Below are positions 1-9,370 of a DNA stretch of 24,327 nt, piece after piece. The stretch's first letter is position 1, and each line of letters starts with the position of its first letter. The notes beneath the pieces are model-generated. The model saw only the letters and a list, made by a program, of their open reading frames with translations. It made no database searches and was not told the origin of the DNA. Both the position numbers and the translations under genes were made by a program. This stretch comes from Sulfolobales archaeon (GTDB taxonomy: Archaea; Thermoproteota; Thermoprotei_A; Sulfolobales; AG1): the NCBI GenBank assembly GCA_038867615.1, contig JAWBYA010000011.1, positions 1 to 24,327 on the forward strand, given 5' to 3'.

Positions 1-289
<289 letters not shown>

Positions 290-293
290 CATA

Positions 294-803
294 TTATGCA
301 TAGATGTTCTTGATCCTAGATTTAATGTATGCGTGGTTATTGAGTGCTGTGTGGATTGCCACAGCCACCGTTCTGCCATCTATGTTTTTTGTGAAGAAAT
401 CCTTTGGGTTTTTGATCCTATATCCATCAGCCACGATCCTCAGGACAGATGCCACTACATGCTTGCATGGATTGAATCTATGTTCTCCGTGTGTGCATGT
501 GCATGAATAGTCGAATGTTAATGGACTTGCCTCGATCTTAACTTTATAGTTTTCTCCTTCCTTTGATTCAGATGGGACTATCGCCTCTACATATCCCAGC
601 CCTTTCTCAACAATTCTAACCCTATCAATCAGGTTTATCGCCTTAGCAAGCACCCCTGGCTCCTCTCTTGGATAGCTCTTTGCCAACCAATAGCTCGATG
701 GTTTGTAGCTGGGGTCTTCTATGGTTTGAGACGCTAGTCTAGCTATCCATTCCATCAGATTGTCTAGGAACTTGTTTCTCTGATCTCTTATAGGGTTTCT
801 CAT
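294..803 (-). CDS. SWIM zinc-finger protein
   Basis: VPSES..YKV..YSCTC-x10-CKH SWIM motif. Start re-assigned to MRNPIRDQ (ATG at 803), because the longer ORF to 992 overlaps the divergent gene. Confidence 0.85.
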   Translation of the reverse strand: MRNPIRDQRNKFLDNLMEWIARLASQTIEDPSYKPSSYWLAKSYPREEPGVLAKAINLIDRVRIVEKGLGYVEAIVPSESKEGENYKVKIEASPLTFDYSCTCTHGEHRFNPCKHVVASVLRIVADGYRIKNPKDFFTKNIDGRTVAVAIHTALNNHAYIKSRIKNIYA

Positions 804-869
804 CCTATCCCTTCTTCTTTTTTGAATAAGCGGTTGCTTTTTCGTGTCTGGTTTTGTTTTGGTGGGTGT

Positions 870-2096
870 ATGGTTAGTACTGTGATCGAGTCCTTGCTTA
901 GTGTCGCCGCATTTGTCATGGTTATAGCCACGATAGCTGGTGCTGTATCTGCTGGCTTCGCAAACTTCTACACAACTGTGGTTGTTTCTCAAGATTCTCT
1001 TGAGAAGTCTAATGAGAGGATCAGGGTTGCCGCTGCTGTTATTGATGGGAAGCTATATATAGGCTTTAGAAATACTGGGGCTAAGGATGTAACTATAACG
1101 AATATCTATAACATCTACCCCTGGTGGTATAGCAGGTTCTGGAGCGGATCTATAACCCTGCCCCCAGGAAGCCACTACATACTCAGTCCTTTCTACACCA
1201 TCGTCCCAGATAGGGTTGTGGTTCAGAGTGCTAGAGGGGTTTTCACACCTGCAAAGGTTATCTATCTAAGCAGTAGTGGGGGTTCGATAGGCTCTGTAAC
1301 ACCTACAAGTCCTTGGGGGGAGACGTTCTACATAGATGTGGGATTCGGGGATGTTGTTATAAGCACTACTGGTTATCTAGTTGCATTCGCCACATACAGC
1401 ACTAGAAACCCATATACATCTGATGTTTTCTCATCGATCCAACCCATATCATCTGTTTCAAGGGGTCGGGGCGATTTGATAGCTGTATATACTCTTTCAT
1501 CTAGCTCGTGGGCTAGGCATGAGGGTTCTGTAAGGATATCCACCAGCTATTACAAGGCATATGGCTCTGGCATATCTCTAGGGGTCTCGGGCACATATTC
1601 ATATCTATATGTTGCTGCATGTGCTGGGATAGCCTTTGAGACACAGCCATCATTCCCAACAACACTTTCTGTGTGGGGGAGAACTGGCTCTGTCTATGAG
1701 GTCAGAGGTTCCTCAATAAATGTTAGTGCATTCGATGTTGTCTTTCTAACGAGGAGCATAGATCCTAGGCTGATGTTCCAAGAGATCCTAAGCGGCTACC
1801 CAGCACAGACAAGCATTGATGTCTCCAAGGGAGGTGTTGTCTATGCTGTACAGGCTAGGTGTATGAAGATATGGTATGAATATCCAAGCCCAAGATATCT
1901 AAGCATCCGTGTAGGGGACTTCTACGATAGCTACAGGGTGTACAGTCCCAACTACCTAGGCTTCGGGCTGGGGGTTATAATGACACAGGATATCTGGGGC
2001 TTCTCAGGAAACCCCCAGCTTGTCGCTCCATACCCCACCATATCGATCAGCTACATACCTCCCCAGGCAATTATAGAGATGATCCTCTTCTCCTGA
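870..2096 (+). CDS. Archaeal type IV pilin/FlaF-FlaG-like membrane-anchored surface protein with long S/T/Y-rich extension
   Basis: GGTGGG RBS before ATG 870; hydrophobic N-terminus VSTVIESLLSVAAFVMVIATIAG; pilin/archaellin-accessory-like motifs ERIRV, LYIGFRNTG.KDVTI and VVVQSARG. Confidence 0.6.
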   Translation: MVSTVIESLLSVAAFVMVIATIAGAVSAGFANFYTTVVVSQDSLEKSNERIRVAAAVIDGKLYIGFRNTGAKDVTITNIYNIYPWWYSRFWSGSITLPPGSHYILSPFYTIVPDRVVVQSARGVFTPAKVIYLSSSGGSIGSVTPTSPWGETFYIDVGFGDVVISTTGYLVAFATYSTRNPYTSDVFSSIQPISSVSRGRGDLIAVYTLSSSSWARHEGSVRISTSYYKAYGSGISLGVSGTYSYLYVAACAGIAFETQPSFPTTLSVWGRTGSVYEVRGSSINVSAFDVVFLTRSIDPRLMFQEILSGYPAQTSIDVSKGGVVYAVQARCMKIWYEYPSPRYLSIRVGDFYDSYRVYSPNYLGFGLGVIMTQDIWGFSGNPQLVAPYPTISISYIPPQAIIEMILFS

Positions 2097-2127
2097 GCAT
2101 TGCTTTTCACCCTAGATTTCTGGGAAC

Positions 2128-3558
2128 ATGGAGCTGGTAAGAGCAAAGGCATCGCCCGAGGCTAGGAGAGACATAGCAAGGGATCTAGCATCTATTGCGG
2201 AGAGCGGTAACGCTGTTCTAGAGGCATATCCAGGGTTTGGAAAAACTATGATTGCGTCTGAGATAGCCTCTAACGCATCATCCGCAGCTGTGATCACAAG
2301 GACTGTTGAGGAGATGTTCGAGGTGATCAGATTCTCACAGGCAAAGATAATACCCCTCTATGGTAAGGAGAAGCTCTGCCTAATATGGGGAGGATCTGGG
2401 GATGTGTATAGGTTCTGCTGGGGCAAGAGGATACTCAACATGTGTAGCTATGAGTATAGAGCGACAAACGATCTCGTGAGATGGGTTGCTGGAGCACCCA
2501 GAAAGCCCGAGGAGATAAGGGATAGGGGTAAGAAGGCTGGTCTATGCCCATACCCAAGCGTGCAAGTCCTCTCCAAGAGCAAGAAGATAGTAACAACATA
2601 TGGATATGCCTTCACACACCCAGAGATCCTTGATAGAGACCTTGTAATATTCGATGAGTCCCACGAACTCTTAGAGGCTGTGCTACAGAATGTGGAGGTT
2701 ATAGATGACAGCTACATAGAGCTTGTCTTCAGAACCCTCAAGAAAGATCTAGAGGCTAGGCAGGCAGCATATATGGTCAGGGGATGCTGGAGAAGAGCCA
2801 CGAACTTCCCAAGCTTTGTCGAATGCCTTGAGAGGTTCGAGGGTGGAGGGGATGAGATAGAAGGGATTATCAATGCCCATAGAAGGGGAAGGAGCTATTG
2901 GCAGGGAAAGAAGGGGTGGATACTGAGGAGGATGCCAAGCTTCAGGGAGAAGGGTCTTATATTCATGACAGCCTATCTACCTCCATATATAATTAGCATG
3001 ATACCTAGGCACAAGGTTATAAAGGTAGAGGATCCTGAGAGGGTTGTTGAGGCGGAGATAGATACAAGCCTTACAAGCAGGTTTGAGGAGAGGGGGGAGG
3101 AGATCTACAGGGGATATGCTGAGAAGATTGTGGAATACTATGACAGGGACACAGCTACTCTCGTAATGCTGCCATCCTACGACTTCCTTGAGGAGGTTAG
3201 GAAGAGGCTTCCAACCACCCTGCTCGATAGAATCAAGCCTCCAGAGGCTGTGAGGGATCTAGTGGCTGGGGATATTGTGCTAGATGTAGCTGGTGGGAGG
3301 AGCACCGAGGGTGTCAATCCAAGCCCATATCTCGGGAGGGTTATCGTGGCTGGGCTTCCATATCCACCTCCCACAGGTGGGATGAACCTGCTGGCAAAGA
3401 TCTATGGGTTCGACTCCACATATACATACACAGCACTCCTAAGGGTTGTCCAGGCTGTGGGGAGGCTCAGGTTTAGAAAAGGGGCTAGGGCTATACTTAT
3501 AGATAAAAGGTTCGAGGGTGTTAGATATCTAATGCCATCCTGGATCAAGATCTCCTAG
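2128..3558 (+). CDS. XPD/Rad3/DinG-family SF2 helicase with Fe-S cluster
   Basis: Walker A EAYPGFGKT; four Cys (KEKLC, YRFC, NMCSY, LCPY); motif II DESH; EGVN; GLPYPP; motif VI QAVGRLR; IDKRF. Confidence 0.9.
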   Translation: MELVRAKASPEARRDIARDLASIAESGNAVLEAYPGFGKTMIASEIASNASSAAVITRTVEEMFEVIRFSQAKIIPLYGKEKLCLIWGGSGDVYRFCWGKRILNMCSYEYRATNDLVRWVAGAPRKPEEIRDRGKKAGLCPYPSVQVLSKSKKIVTTYGYAFTHPEILDRDLVIFDESHELLEAVLQNVEVIDDSYIELVFRTLKKDLEARQAAYMVRGCWRRATNFPSFVECLERFEGGGDEIEGIINAHRRGRSYWQGKKGWILRRMPSFREKGLIFMTAYLPPYIISMIPRHKVIKVEDPERVVEAEIDTSLTSRFEERGEEIYRGYAEKIVEYYDRDTATLVMLPSYDFLEEVRKRLPTTLLDRIKPPEAVRDLVAGDIVLDVAGGRSTEGVNPSPYLGRVIVAGLPYPPPTGGMNLLAKIYGFDSTYTYTALLRVVQAVGRLRFRKGARAILIDKRFEGVRYLMPSWIKIS

Positions 3559-3638
3559 TTCAATAGCTTAACCTCCTTTGCTGTTATTTAAGGGCTGCCC
3601 TGTTAGCAGTAGCTATAGCCCTGCTATGGATATTCAAC

Positions 3639-3932
3639 ATGCTAGACCTTGCTATCAGCATCTATGGCATAGGCTTAGGAGCTGAGGAGGTAGGATTCGC
3701 ATACAGGGTATTCCCAGGAGGTGTTGAGGGGCTGGTTGTTGCAAAGATAGTAGGCGGTTTGATCATCTCTCTCTGGGGGATAGCGGTTTCAAGGATATCG
3801 AGGAGAATACCTAGATATGGTGAAACGGTTAGAAAGGCAACAATATATGCTATAATAGCAGCAGCCCTTACACTAGCATGTGCAACAATAAACAATATAT
3901 ATGTTATCTATGCTCTGCATTATAGTCGCTAA
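3639..3932 (+). CDS. Small membrane protein (DUF5658-like)
   Basis: Three hydrophobic segments; LDL..S.YGI.LGAEE and AK motifs resemble DUF5658. The start is uncertain, since the hydrophobic frame extends upstream to about 3600. Confidence 0.5.
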   Translation: MLDLAISIYGIGLGAEEVGFAYRVFPGGVEGLVVAKIVGGLIISLWGIAVSRISRRIPRYGETVRKATIYAIIAAALTLACATINNIYVIYALHYSR

Positions 3933-3963
3933 GCACTCTGATGATCTTCTATGTTTTTTGAGT

Positions 3964-6282
3964 TTATCTACCTAATCTTGTTATTGCTGCTGCTATTGAT
4001 GATATCATCCCTCCTAATATCGGTATTGCTGCTATTGATGCTATTATGATTGATGATGTGAAGAATATTATCAGGCTTGCTGCTGTTACATCTACAATCG
4101 CATTTATTATTAACGTAATCTGACCTGAGATCGGTATCACCTTCAGGATAGAGGATAGAATATCCAGGTTGGCTCCAGGCACATAGGTTAGGACTGCATC
4201 CTCAACAAGCCTTGCCATGAACTTAGCCAGCGGCGCTCCAGCCGTGAATATGATCATGGCTGCTGCAGCCCCTCCGAGGAAGTTGAACCCGAGACCAGAA
4301 GTTGCTGGGAACACAGCTAGTGCTGTGCCTATGACAACACCTATAACTATTACTGCTATCGCTATAACAGCTATGGCTACGAGAGCACCTATACCTATAT
4401 AGAGGGTATAGCCAGTTATCACGGCACCTGCGAAAGCCACGACCAAACCACCTATGAGCGGCCCTATAATCATTGAGATTGCTAATCCTAAGGCGCTTAT
4501 GAGGACTGGCACAGCTAGCAATGCTAGGAGGGCGGCACCTAGAGCAACTAGAGAGAATGTAAAGTCCCGTATCTCCATGTTCATCCTATCAAGGAACTTA
4601 TTGGCTGTGTCAATTGCTTCTTGATACTGGAGGATGACCGTTTCATAGCTTAGAGGTGTTAAACCATTTATAGTCGGTACGTAGAAGCCCCCTACAAGGC
4701 TGCTGCCAGCATTTGTTAGTATAGATGCCACTATGTTATATGCCACCATTGGTAGTGCGTAGAGGATAACCAGCAATGCTATCCCAGACATTATTGTGGA
4801 TTTAGCTTCAAAACCGAGTCTCTCCACCCCAGCCCCGAGATCTGTGAAGTAGGAGAGACCATACAATATAGCGCCGAACGCTATCACTATCACAGGCGCC
4901 AACAGGGTTGCATATAGATATCTGCCTAGTCCAAGCCCAGTCAGCATATAGTTCTTTACTGATGATGCATTACCGCTTGAGGATCCGCTTATCTGGAATT
5001 CGAATCCCTCAAGCCTTACCCTCCCGCTATAGCTTGCAGAGATCGTGGATCTGTCTGGTGGCTTTGAAGTCCACCCCACAGAGAGCCTGCAGTCCCCGAT
5101 ACTCTGCGGGCTTGAGATATATACAGAGCATTTGGAACCATCTATACCAGGGATCTTTGGGTCTGTGTTGAAGATAGCCTCAGCCTCTAAGGAGTAGCTG
5201 ACCCCCTGAGTAGCTGTTACAGCGAATGGCATAATCACGGTAGCGCCTGTGCTTGTCATAACACCATGTGGCGTCCCAACAGAGACCACCAGAGCCCTCG
5301 TATCTATGTTGAATGCACCATCCCACGTGATAGACCCGCCACCATCGATCCCAGCCTCTGCTACATAGGCTATCCTGCTGTAAGCCCTATCACCCTGGAA
5401 TGTTATAGTCCACTTCAGGCTTTGAGCATCCCTTATCGAGAAGCTACTCTCGAAGCTACCTAGATTCACTAGATCTGGATTGCCAACTGCTGTATCAACT
5501 AGGCTCTGAACCTTCGTTACCCAGTCCTGACCGCTTGCTGTGGCGTTAGATGTTCCATTATATGCGTAGAACGTTACCCTGACCCATATAGATGTGGAGC
5601 CATATCCCTGGGATAGGATATCAACAACAGCTCTGTACTCCCTTGAAGATACCGTGTACATGTTGTCCTGCTTATCAACAATATATCTACCGCTAGCCCT
5701 GAGATCCGAGACATTGATATTTATAACCAGAACATTTACCTGTGGGTTTGGAATCCTGAATTCTCCAGAGCCTGAGGAGCCATCTGCTGTGAGGACACCT
5801 ACAACCCTTATATTTGCTGGGATCTCCCACCTCCCTGGACTTGGCATCCCAATCGGGTAGGCTCTATATCTTATATTGCCATCGGCTGATGATTGGCATC
5901 TATAGTATGTGAGGTTAGTGCTGTAATCCGTGTACTGCTCATAACATTTAGCATCTCTAGGTGATAGTGAGTAGCTATCTATAGAGACTGCAAGCCCAGA
6001 GCCTGTCTGGGCGTATGAGCCTACAGCCTGTAGAGAGGGTGTTGGCGGGGGTGCGAACATGCTCTTAACAGTTGATACATATATATAGTCCTGTGAGGAG
6101 AAGCTCTGCTCGACCACGAAGTACTCTCCCCTCTGGAGATTGTTGGTTCTGTTATTTGGGGCTAGTAGGAAGACCAGGGTCTCTGGATTAACTGTGTAGC
6201 TGTTATTCTGTGGGGAGATGTTGATTGCAGATGCTATGCTGATAAGCATAAACACTACCAAGAGGGATATAAGGTGTCTCAT
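3964..6282 (-). CDS. Large membrane protein: signal peptide, about 430-aa beta-rich extracellular region, multi-pass C-terminus
   Basis: N-terminal MRHLISLLVVFMLISIASA; S/T/G/Y-rich middle; roughly 7-9 Gly/Ala-rich hydrophobic helices in the last 320 aa. Confidence 0.8.
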   Translation of the reverse strand: MRHLISLLVVFMLISIASAINISPQNNSYTVNPETLVFLLAPNNRTNNLQRGEYFVVEQSFSSQDYIYVSTVKSMFAPPPTPSLQAVGSYAQTGSGLAVSIDSYSLSPRDAKCYEQYTDYSTNLTYYRCQSSADGNIRYRAYPIGMPSPGRWEIPANIRVVGVLTADGSSGSGEFRIPNPQVNVLVININVSDLRASGRYIVDKQDNMYTVSSREYRAVVDILSQGYGSTSIWVRVTFYAYNGTSNATASGQDWVTKVQSLVDTAVGNPDLVNLGSFESSFSIRDAQSLKWTITFQGDRAYSRIAYVAEAGIDGGGSITWDGAFNIDTRALVVSVGTPHGVMTSTGATVIMPFAVTATQGVSYSLEAEAIFNTDPKIPGIDGSKCSVYISSPQSIGDCRLSVGWTSKPPDRSTISASYSGRVRLEGFEFQISGSSSGNASSVKNYMLTGLGLGRYLYATLLAPVIVIAFGAILYGLSYFTDLGAGVERLGFEAKSTIMSGIALLVILYALPMVAYNIVASILTNAGSSLVGGFYVPTINGLTPLSYETVILQYQEAIDTANKFLDRMNMEIRDFTFSLVALGAALLALLAVPVLISALGLAISMIIGPLIGGLVVAFAGAVITGYTLYIGIGALVAIAVIAIAVIVIGVVIGTALAVFPATSGLGFNFLGGAAAAMIIFTAGAPLAKFMARLVEDAVLTYVPGANLDILSSILKVIPISGQITLIINAIVDVTAASLIIFFTSSIIIASIAAIPILGGMISSIAAAITRLGR

Positions 6283-6647
6283 GATCCATCAGCCCCACTA
6301 TGATCGATTCCTAATGCTTGTTGATCTTTGAGATCTATCTCCACATGTTCACCAACCATTCTAGCTCTGCTAGGTATCCCTGGATATTCTATGTTTATCT
6401 CTCTGAGTCTCCTGCCATCTCTATCCAGAATGGCTATCCTTATCCCCGTGATCACGATTCTATGTGGCTTTCCATAGCATGCTATCCTTACCTTTGCAAC
6501 CCCTTCTCTGATCACTATATATGCTCCTCTAGCAATCTCCCTAATAGCTATTTCCTCTGCTACTGCTATCCTCTCTATTCCATATAGCATTGAGTGGATC
6601 GCAACCCTAATACCCTTGACAAGGCTGGAGAGTCCCACGGGGAACAC
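6279..6647 (-). CDS. Hypothetical protein (C-terminus weakly alpha-crystallin/Hsp20-like)
   Basis: Fills the gap in the minus-strand operon; ATGA overlap with the downstream gene at 6279-6282; REINI..P..AR..GEHVEIDL pattern. True start may be MLYGIE (about 6590). Confidence 0.55.
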   Translation of the reverse strand: MFPVGLSSLVKGIRVAIHSMLYGIERIAVAEEIAIREIARGAYIVIREGVAKVRIACYGKPHRIVITGIRIAILDRDGRRLREINIEYPGIPSRARMVGEHVEIDLKDQQALGIDHSGADGS

Positions 6648-6654
6648 CTCATTA

Positions 6655-7368
6655 TTAACGGCTGGATTTGATAAGCGAATCCCTTTCTATGGTGGTTCTT
6701 AGGTATTCTGATGCTAGATGCTCTATTACTGCTATTGGTATCTTCTTTGTGATGCATATGGTTTTTGATGGTGTTGCTAGGCATGAGCATTTTGTGGTGA
6801 ACATGTTATCCTCAAGAAGTCTCCTATAGATCATAGCCTGTAGAATCCCAGCAGCCATAGTGCTCTCCCTCTCACTACTCTTCAGCTCAACTACTACAGC
6901 ATCTCCATCATCGTCTATAAGTACTATGTCTGGGGTTCCATGTAGCTCGTAGAGGGCGCCCCCAACATTGAGCGGTATCCACAGGTGTAGCTCCCTGAAG
7001 AAAGATCCATGATCCACCGAGCTCTCAACAATGTTGTGGAACACAAGACCTCTGTAAAGGGTTCTAGTCTCCCTCTCCTCAATAACAATTCTAGGAGGTC
7101 TCCCATATGCCGCTAGAGAGACAAGGTCTGAGACATAGAGCTTCCAAGGATCTCTAGGTCTTACATGGATAAGCCTCCCACCAACCTCTAACGAGAAGAC
7201 CTCAGCCCTCCCAAGCATCATAACACCTCTGAAGACATTCTCAAGCCTAGACCTAGCAGCCCTCTTAGCGATATCAAGAGCGTAAGCCCTCACAGCAATC
7301 GGGATAGATCTGATGACAAGGGATTCACAGTCAGAATCCCTCTTTATATGCCCCACCATAATTTTCAT
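6655..7368 (-). CDS. Solo Cas4-like PD-(D/E)XK nuclease
   Basis: LYVSDL, RGLVFH, E, LHGTPDIV, VVELKS and QAMIY are the RecB/Cas4-like motifs in order. Start placed at MKIMVG (7368) to avoid overlap with the divergent gene. Confidence 0.85.
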   Translation of the reverse strand: MKIMVGHIKRDSDCESLVIRSIPIAVRAYALDIAKRAARSRLENVFRGVMMLGRAEVFSLEVGGRLIHVRPRDPWKLYVSDLVSLAAYGRPPRIVIEERETRTLYRGLVFHNIVESSVDHGSFFRELHLWIPLNVGGALYELHGTPDIVLIDDDGDAVVVELKSSERESTMAAGILQAMIYRRLLEDNMFTTKCSCLATPSKTICITKKIPIAVIEHLASEYLRTTIERDSLIKSSR

Positions 7369-7393
7369 CAAAAATATTGGGGACAGGCAAAGG

Positions 7394-8080
7394 ATGGAGA
7401 CTGCAGTTCCTAGGCTTGTTGTTACTAACATAGTTGTTAGTGGCTTTGTTGAGGGTGTTGATATATATGATCTGATCGAGGGTGTCTATGATGATATGGG
7501 TGGGTTGTCCAAGAAAAAGGTTATCAACATATCTTGGCGTGGTAAGTACTACAGGGCTGTTATTAACATGTGGAGGACAAACTCGATCCTGATCAGGATA
7601 GTGCCACAGGAAGAGCAAGAGGGTGGAGGCTATATAGATGTTGAGAGCGATAAAGATATAATAGAGCTGGTTAATGAGGTAGGGAAAGAGCTGTTAATGC
7701 TGATCGCTGATAGGCTGGGTTATAGGAGATATATTGAGATCGTAACACATAGAGAGATAGCCACCAAGTTAAATATACAGAATATCGTTACCCAGGCTAT
7801 GCTCCCAAGATGTGTGGATCTCGATAAGCTCTACATATATATCGAGGGGGCTAGACCCGCCTGCTTCTCTGCAAGGTATAGGAGTAGCAGGGGTAGGGGG
7901 TTGATACCGCCAGCACTCCTGATATACTGTGAGACACCATCCTACAGGGTAACTGTAGAGCTGTTCAGGACTGGAAGGTTCCAGGCTAAGGGGGCATCTA
8001 AGCTATCGGATCTGGAGGAAGTGGTTAAGAAGATGATCAGCATCATAGAGGTATCTGGATCATATTCCGAATGCATCTAG
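7394..8080 (+). CDS. tbp: Divergent TATA-box-binding protein homolog
   Basis: Two-repeat layout. Repeat 1: VVTNIVVSG. Repeat 2: IQNIVTQAML...VDLDKL...PALLIY..P..VTVELFRTGRFQAKGA....LEEVVKKM, matching the TBP consensus IQNIVAS..L..LDL..L..FPGLIY..P.V..LIF.SGK.VITGA. Confidence 0.8.
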   Translation: METAVPRLVVTNIVVSGFVEGVDIYDLIEGVYDDMGGLSKKKVINISWRGKYYRAVINMWRTNSILIRIVPQEEQEGGGYIDVESDKDIIELVNEVGKELLMLIADRLGYRRYIEIVTHREIATKLNIQNIVTQAMLPRCVDLDKLYIYIEGARPACFSARYRSSRGRGLIPPALLIYCETPSYRVTVELFRTGRFQAKGASKLSDLEEVVKKMISIIEVSGSYSECI

Positions 8081-9273
8081 CTTAGCCTTCTAACATCTAG
8101 CGGTATTTCTATAACTACTGGGTTGCTGGGGTTCTCGGTTATCTTTATTATAAGTTTATACACTCTGTAGGTTCTGATGCTCGGGTTGTCGAAGAGGAGA
8201 TCCCACTCGACAGCCTCTCCAGGATATAGTGCTGGACTGCTTGGGTTTAGCTTCACAGCCACGCCAAGCCTCTTTATAGTCTCGTTCGCCTCCCCAATGC
8301 TCAGAAAACCAGTTATATATCCAGATGATTGGTTGGCATATCTACCCGATGGGTCTATCAGCTGCAGGCTATAGTGGACATATGGGCTCTTCCAGAATAC
8401 AAATATATTTGATCCCCTGTTCTCTATCCTAAGCCTGACAACAACATATCTAGCAGAATCACCAGAATCTATATATAGGTTTCTATCCTTCAAAACATAC
8501 CTAGTCTCAGTAGCATTGACAACCGTGAACACCAAACCCCCGAAGCTTGCTGTGCCCCCAGCACCAGATATAGTTCTGGTCTCGATTGTGCTCGTGGATT
8601 GGGATGGGATTGGAGGGAGTATGAGGATCAGGAGTATGAGGAATAGAAACAGAGGTAGTATAGGCAGCAGGAATTCTTCTTTAAAGATCTCCACACCCTC
8701 TGGATTCCACAGCCCGCTAGCCCGCAATATTATGAGAGGGACAACAATACTCAAAACAAAGAGTGCCAGCATCTCTGGAACCATATCACGGAGCGGGGTG
8801 GCGGGGCGGGTCATAATTGTATGCAGGGCATAGTATCCTATGGCTAGGATGAAGAGGAGTAGTGAGACACCTCCTATGATCTTTCTAATCCTCATCTTCC
8901 TAGCCCTGCTGGCATATATGTCAGAACCAACATGTCTATAGGGTGCTCTATATGCTGTCCATATGGGCTGTGCTATATACCGTCTAGGAATGCCTCTTCT
9001 CCTCTTCCTAGCCTCTTCTATCTCCCTCAGCAGCCTTTCCCTCTCACTCCTCTCGATAATCCACGCCCTCCACCTCCAAGGAATACGGCTGTAGATCCAT
9101 CTCATGGGGAGGAATGCTATGAGGAGAGATATGGCGATACCCATGACCGATATGGCTAGGTAGAGGGAAGAGACAGGGAGATATCCTAGGAGCCCCCTGA
9201 TGAGGATGTCTAGGAAGAGTAGGGCACCTGCACAGCCGATAACAATTCTAGCCCACCCCATCGAATACCCCAT
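8077..9273 (-). CDS. Multi-pass membrane protein with C-terminal DUF4352-like Ig-fold domain
   Basis: About 5 TM segments, then GGLVFTV, YVVVRLRIENRG, LQLIDPSGRY and LYPGEAVEWDLLFD. Confidence 0.75.
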   Translation of the reverse strand: MGYSMGWARIVIGCAGALLFLDILIRGLLGYLPVSSLYLAISVMGIAISLLIAFLPMRWIYSRIPWRWRAWIIERSERERLLREIEEARKRRRGIPRRYIAQPIWTAYRAPYRHVGSDIYASRARKMRIRKIIGGVSLLLFILAIGYYALHTIMTRPATPLRDMVPEMLALFVLSIVVPLIILRASGLWNPEGVEIFKEEFLLPILPLFLFLILLILILPPIPSQSTSTIETRTISGAGGTASFGGLVFTVVNATETRYVLKDRNLYIDSGDSARYVVVRLRIENRGSNIFVFWKSPYVHYSLQLIDPSGRYANQSSGYITGFLSIGEANETIKRLGVAVKLNPSSPALYPGEAVEWDLLFDNPSIRTYRVYKLIIKITENPSNPVVIEIPLDVRRLS

Positions 9274-9335
9274 AAATAGTATAGATAGCCTTAGAAAGCT
9301 AATATAGTGCTGGATCTATATTCTTTGCCTAGATA

Positions 9336-9370
9336 GCTTTTTCCTGTTTGTTTATTGCTTTGGTGGGTAT
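9336..9370 (+). promoter_or_regulatory. GCTTTTTC(C/G)TG box plus TTTGGTGGGT RBS
   Basis: Near-identical arrangement at 836-869 and 15471-15498, each 28-35 nt ahead of an ATG. Confidence 0.5.

Noticed and set aside
2128-3558. Reading the DinG-like helicase as part of a type IV-A CRISPR system
   Set aside because: It is 12 kb from the array, no csf genes are present, and the cas operon is a complete type I-A interference module with its own Cas3.
4217-5860. Short plus-strand ORFs inside the 772-aa gene, and similar antisense ORFs elsewhere (e.g. 14909..15334, 21426..22175, 23420..24064)
   Set aside because: Shadow frames opposite well-supported genes.
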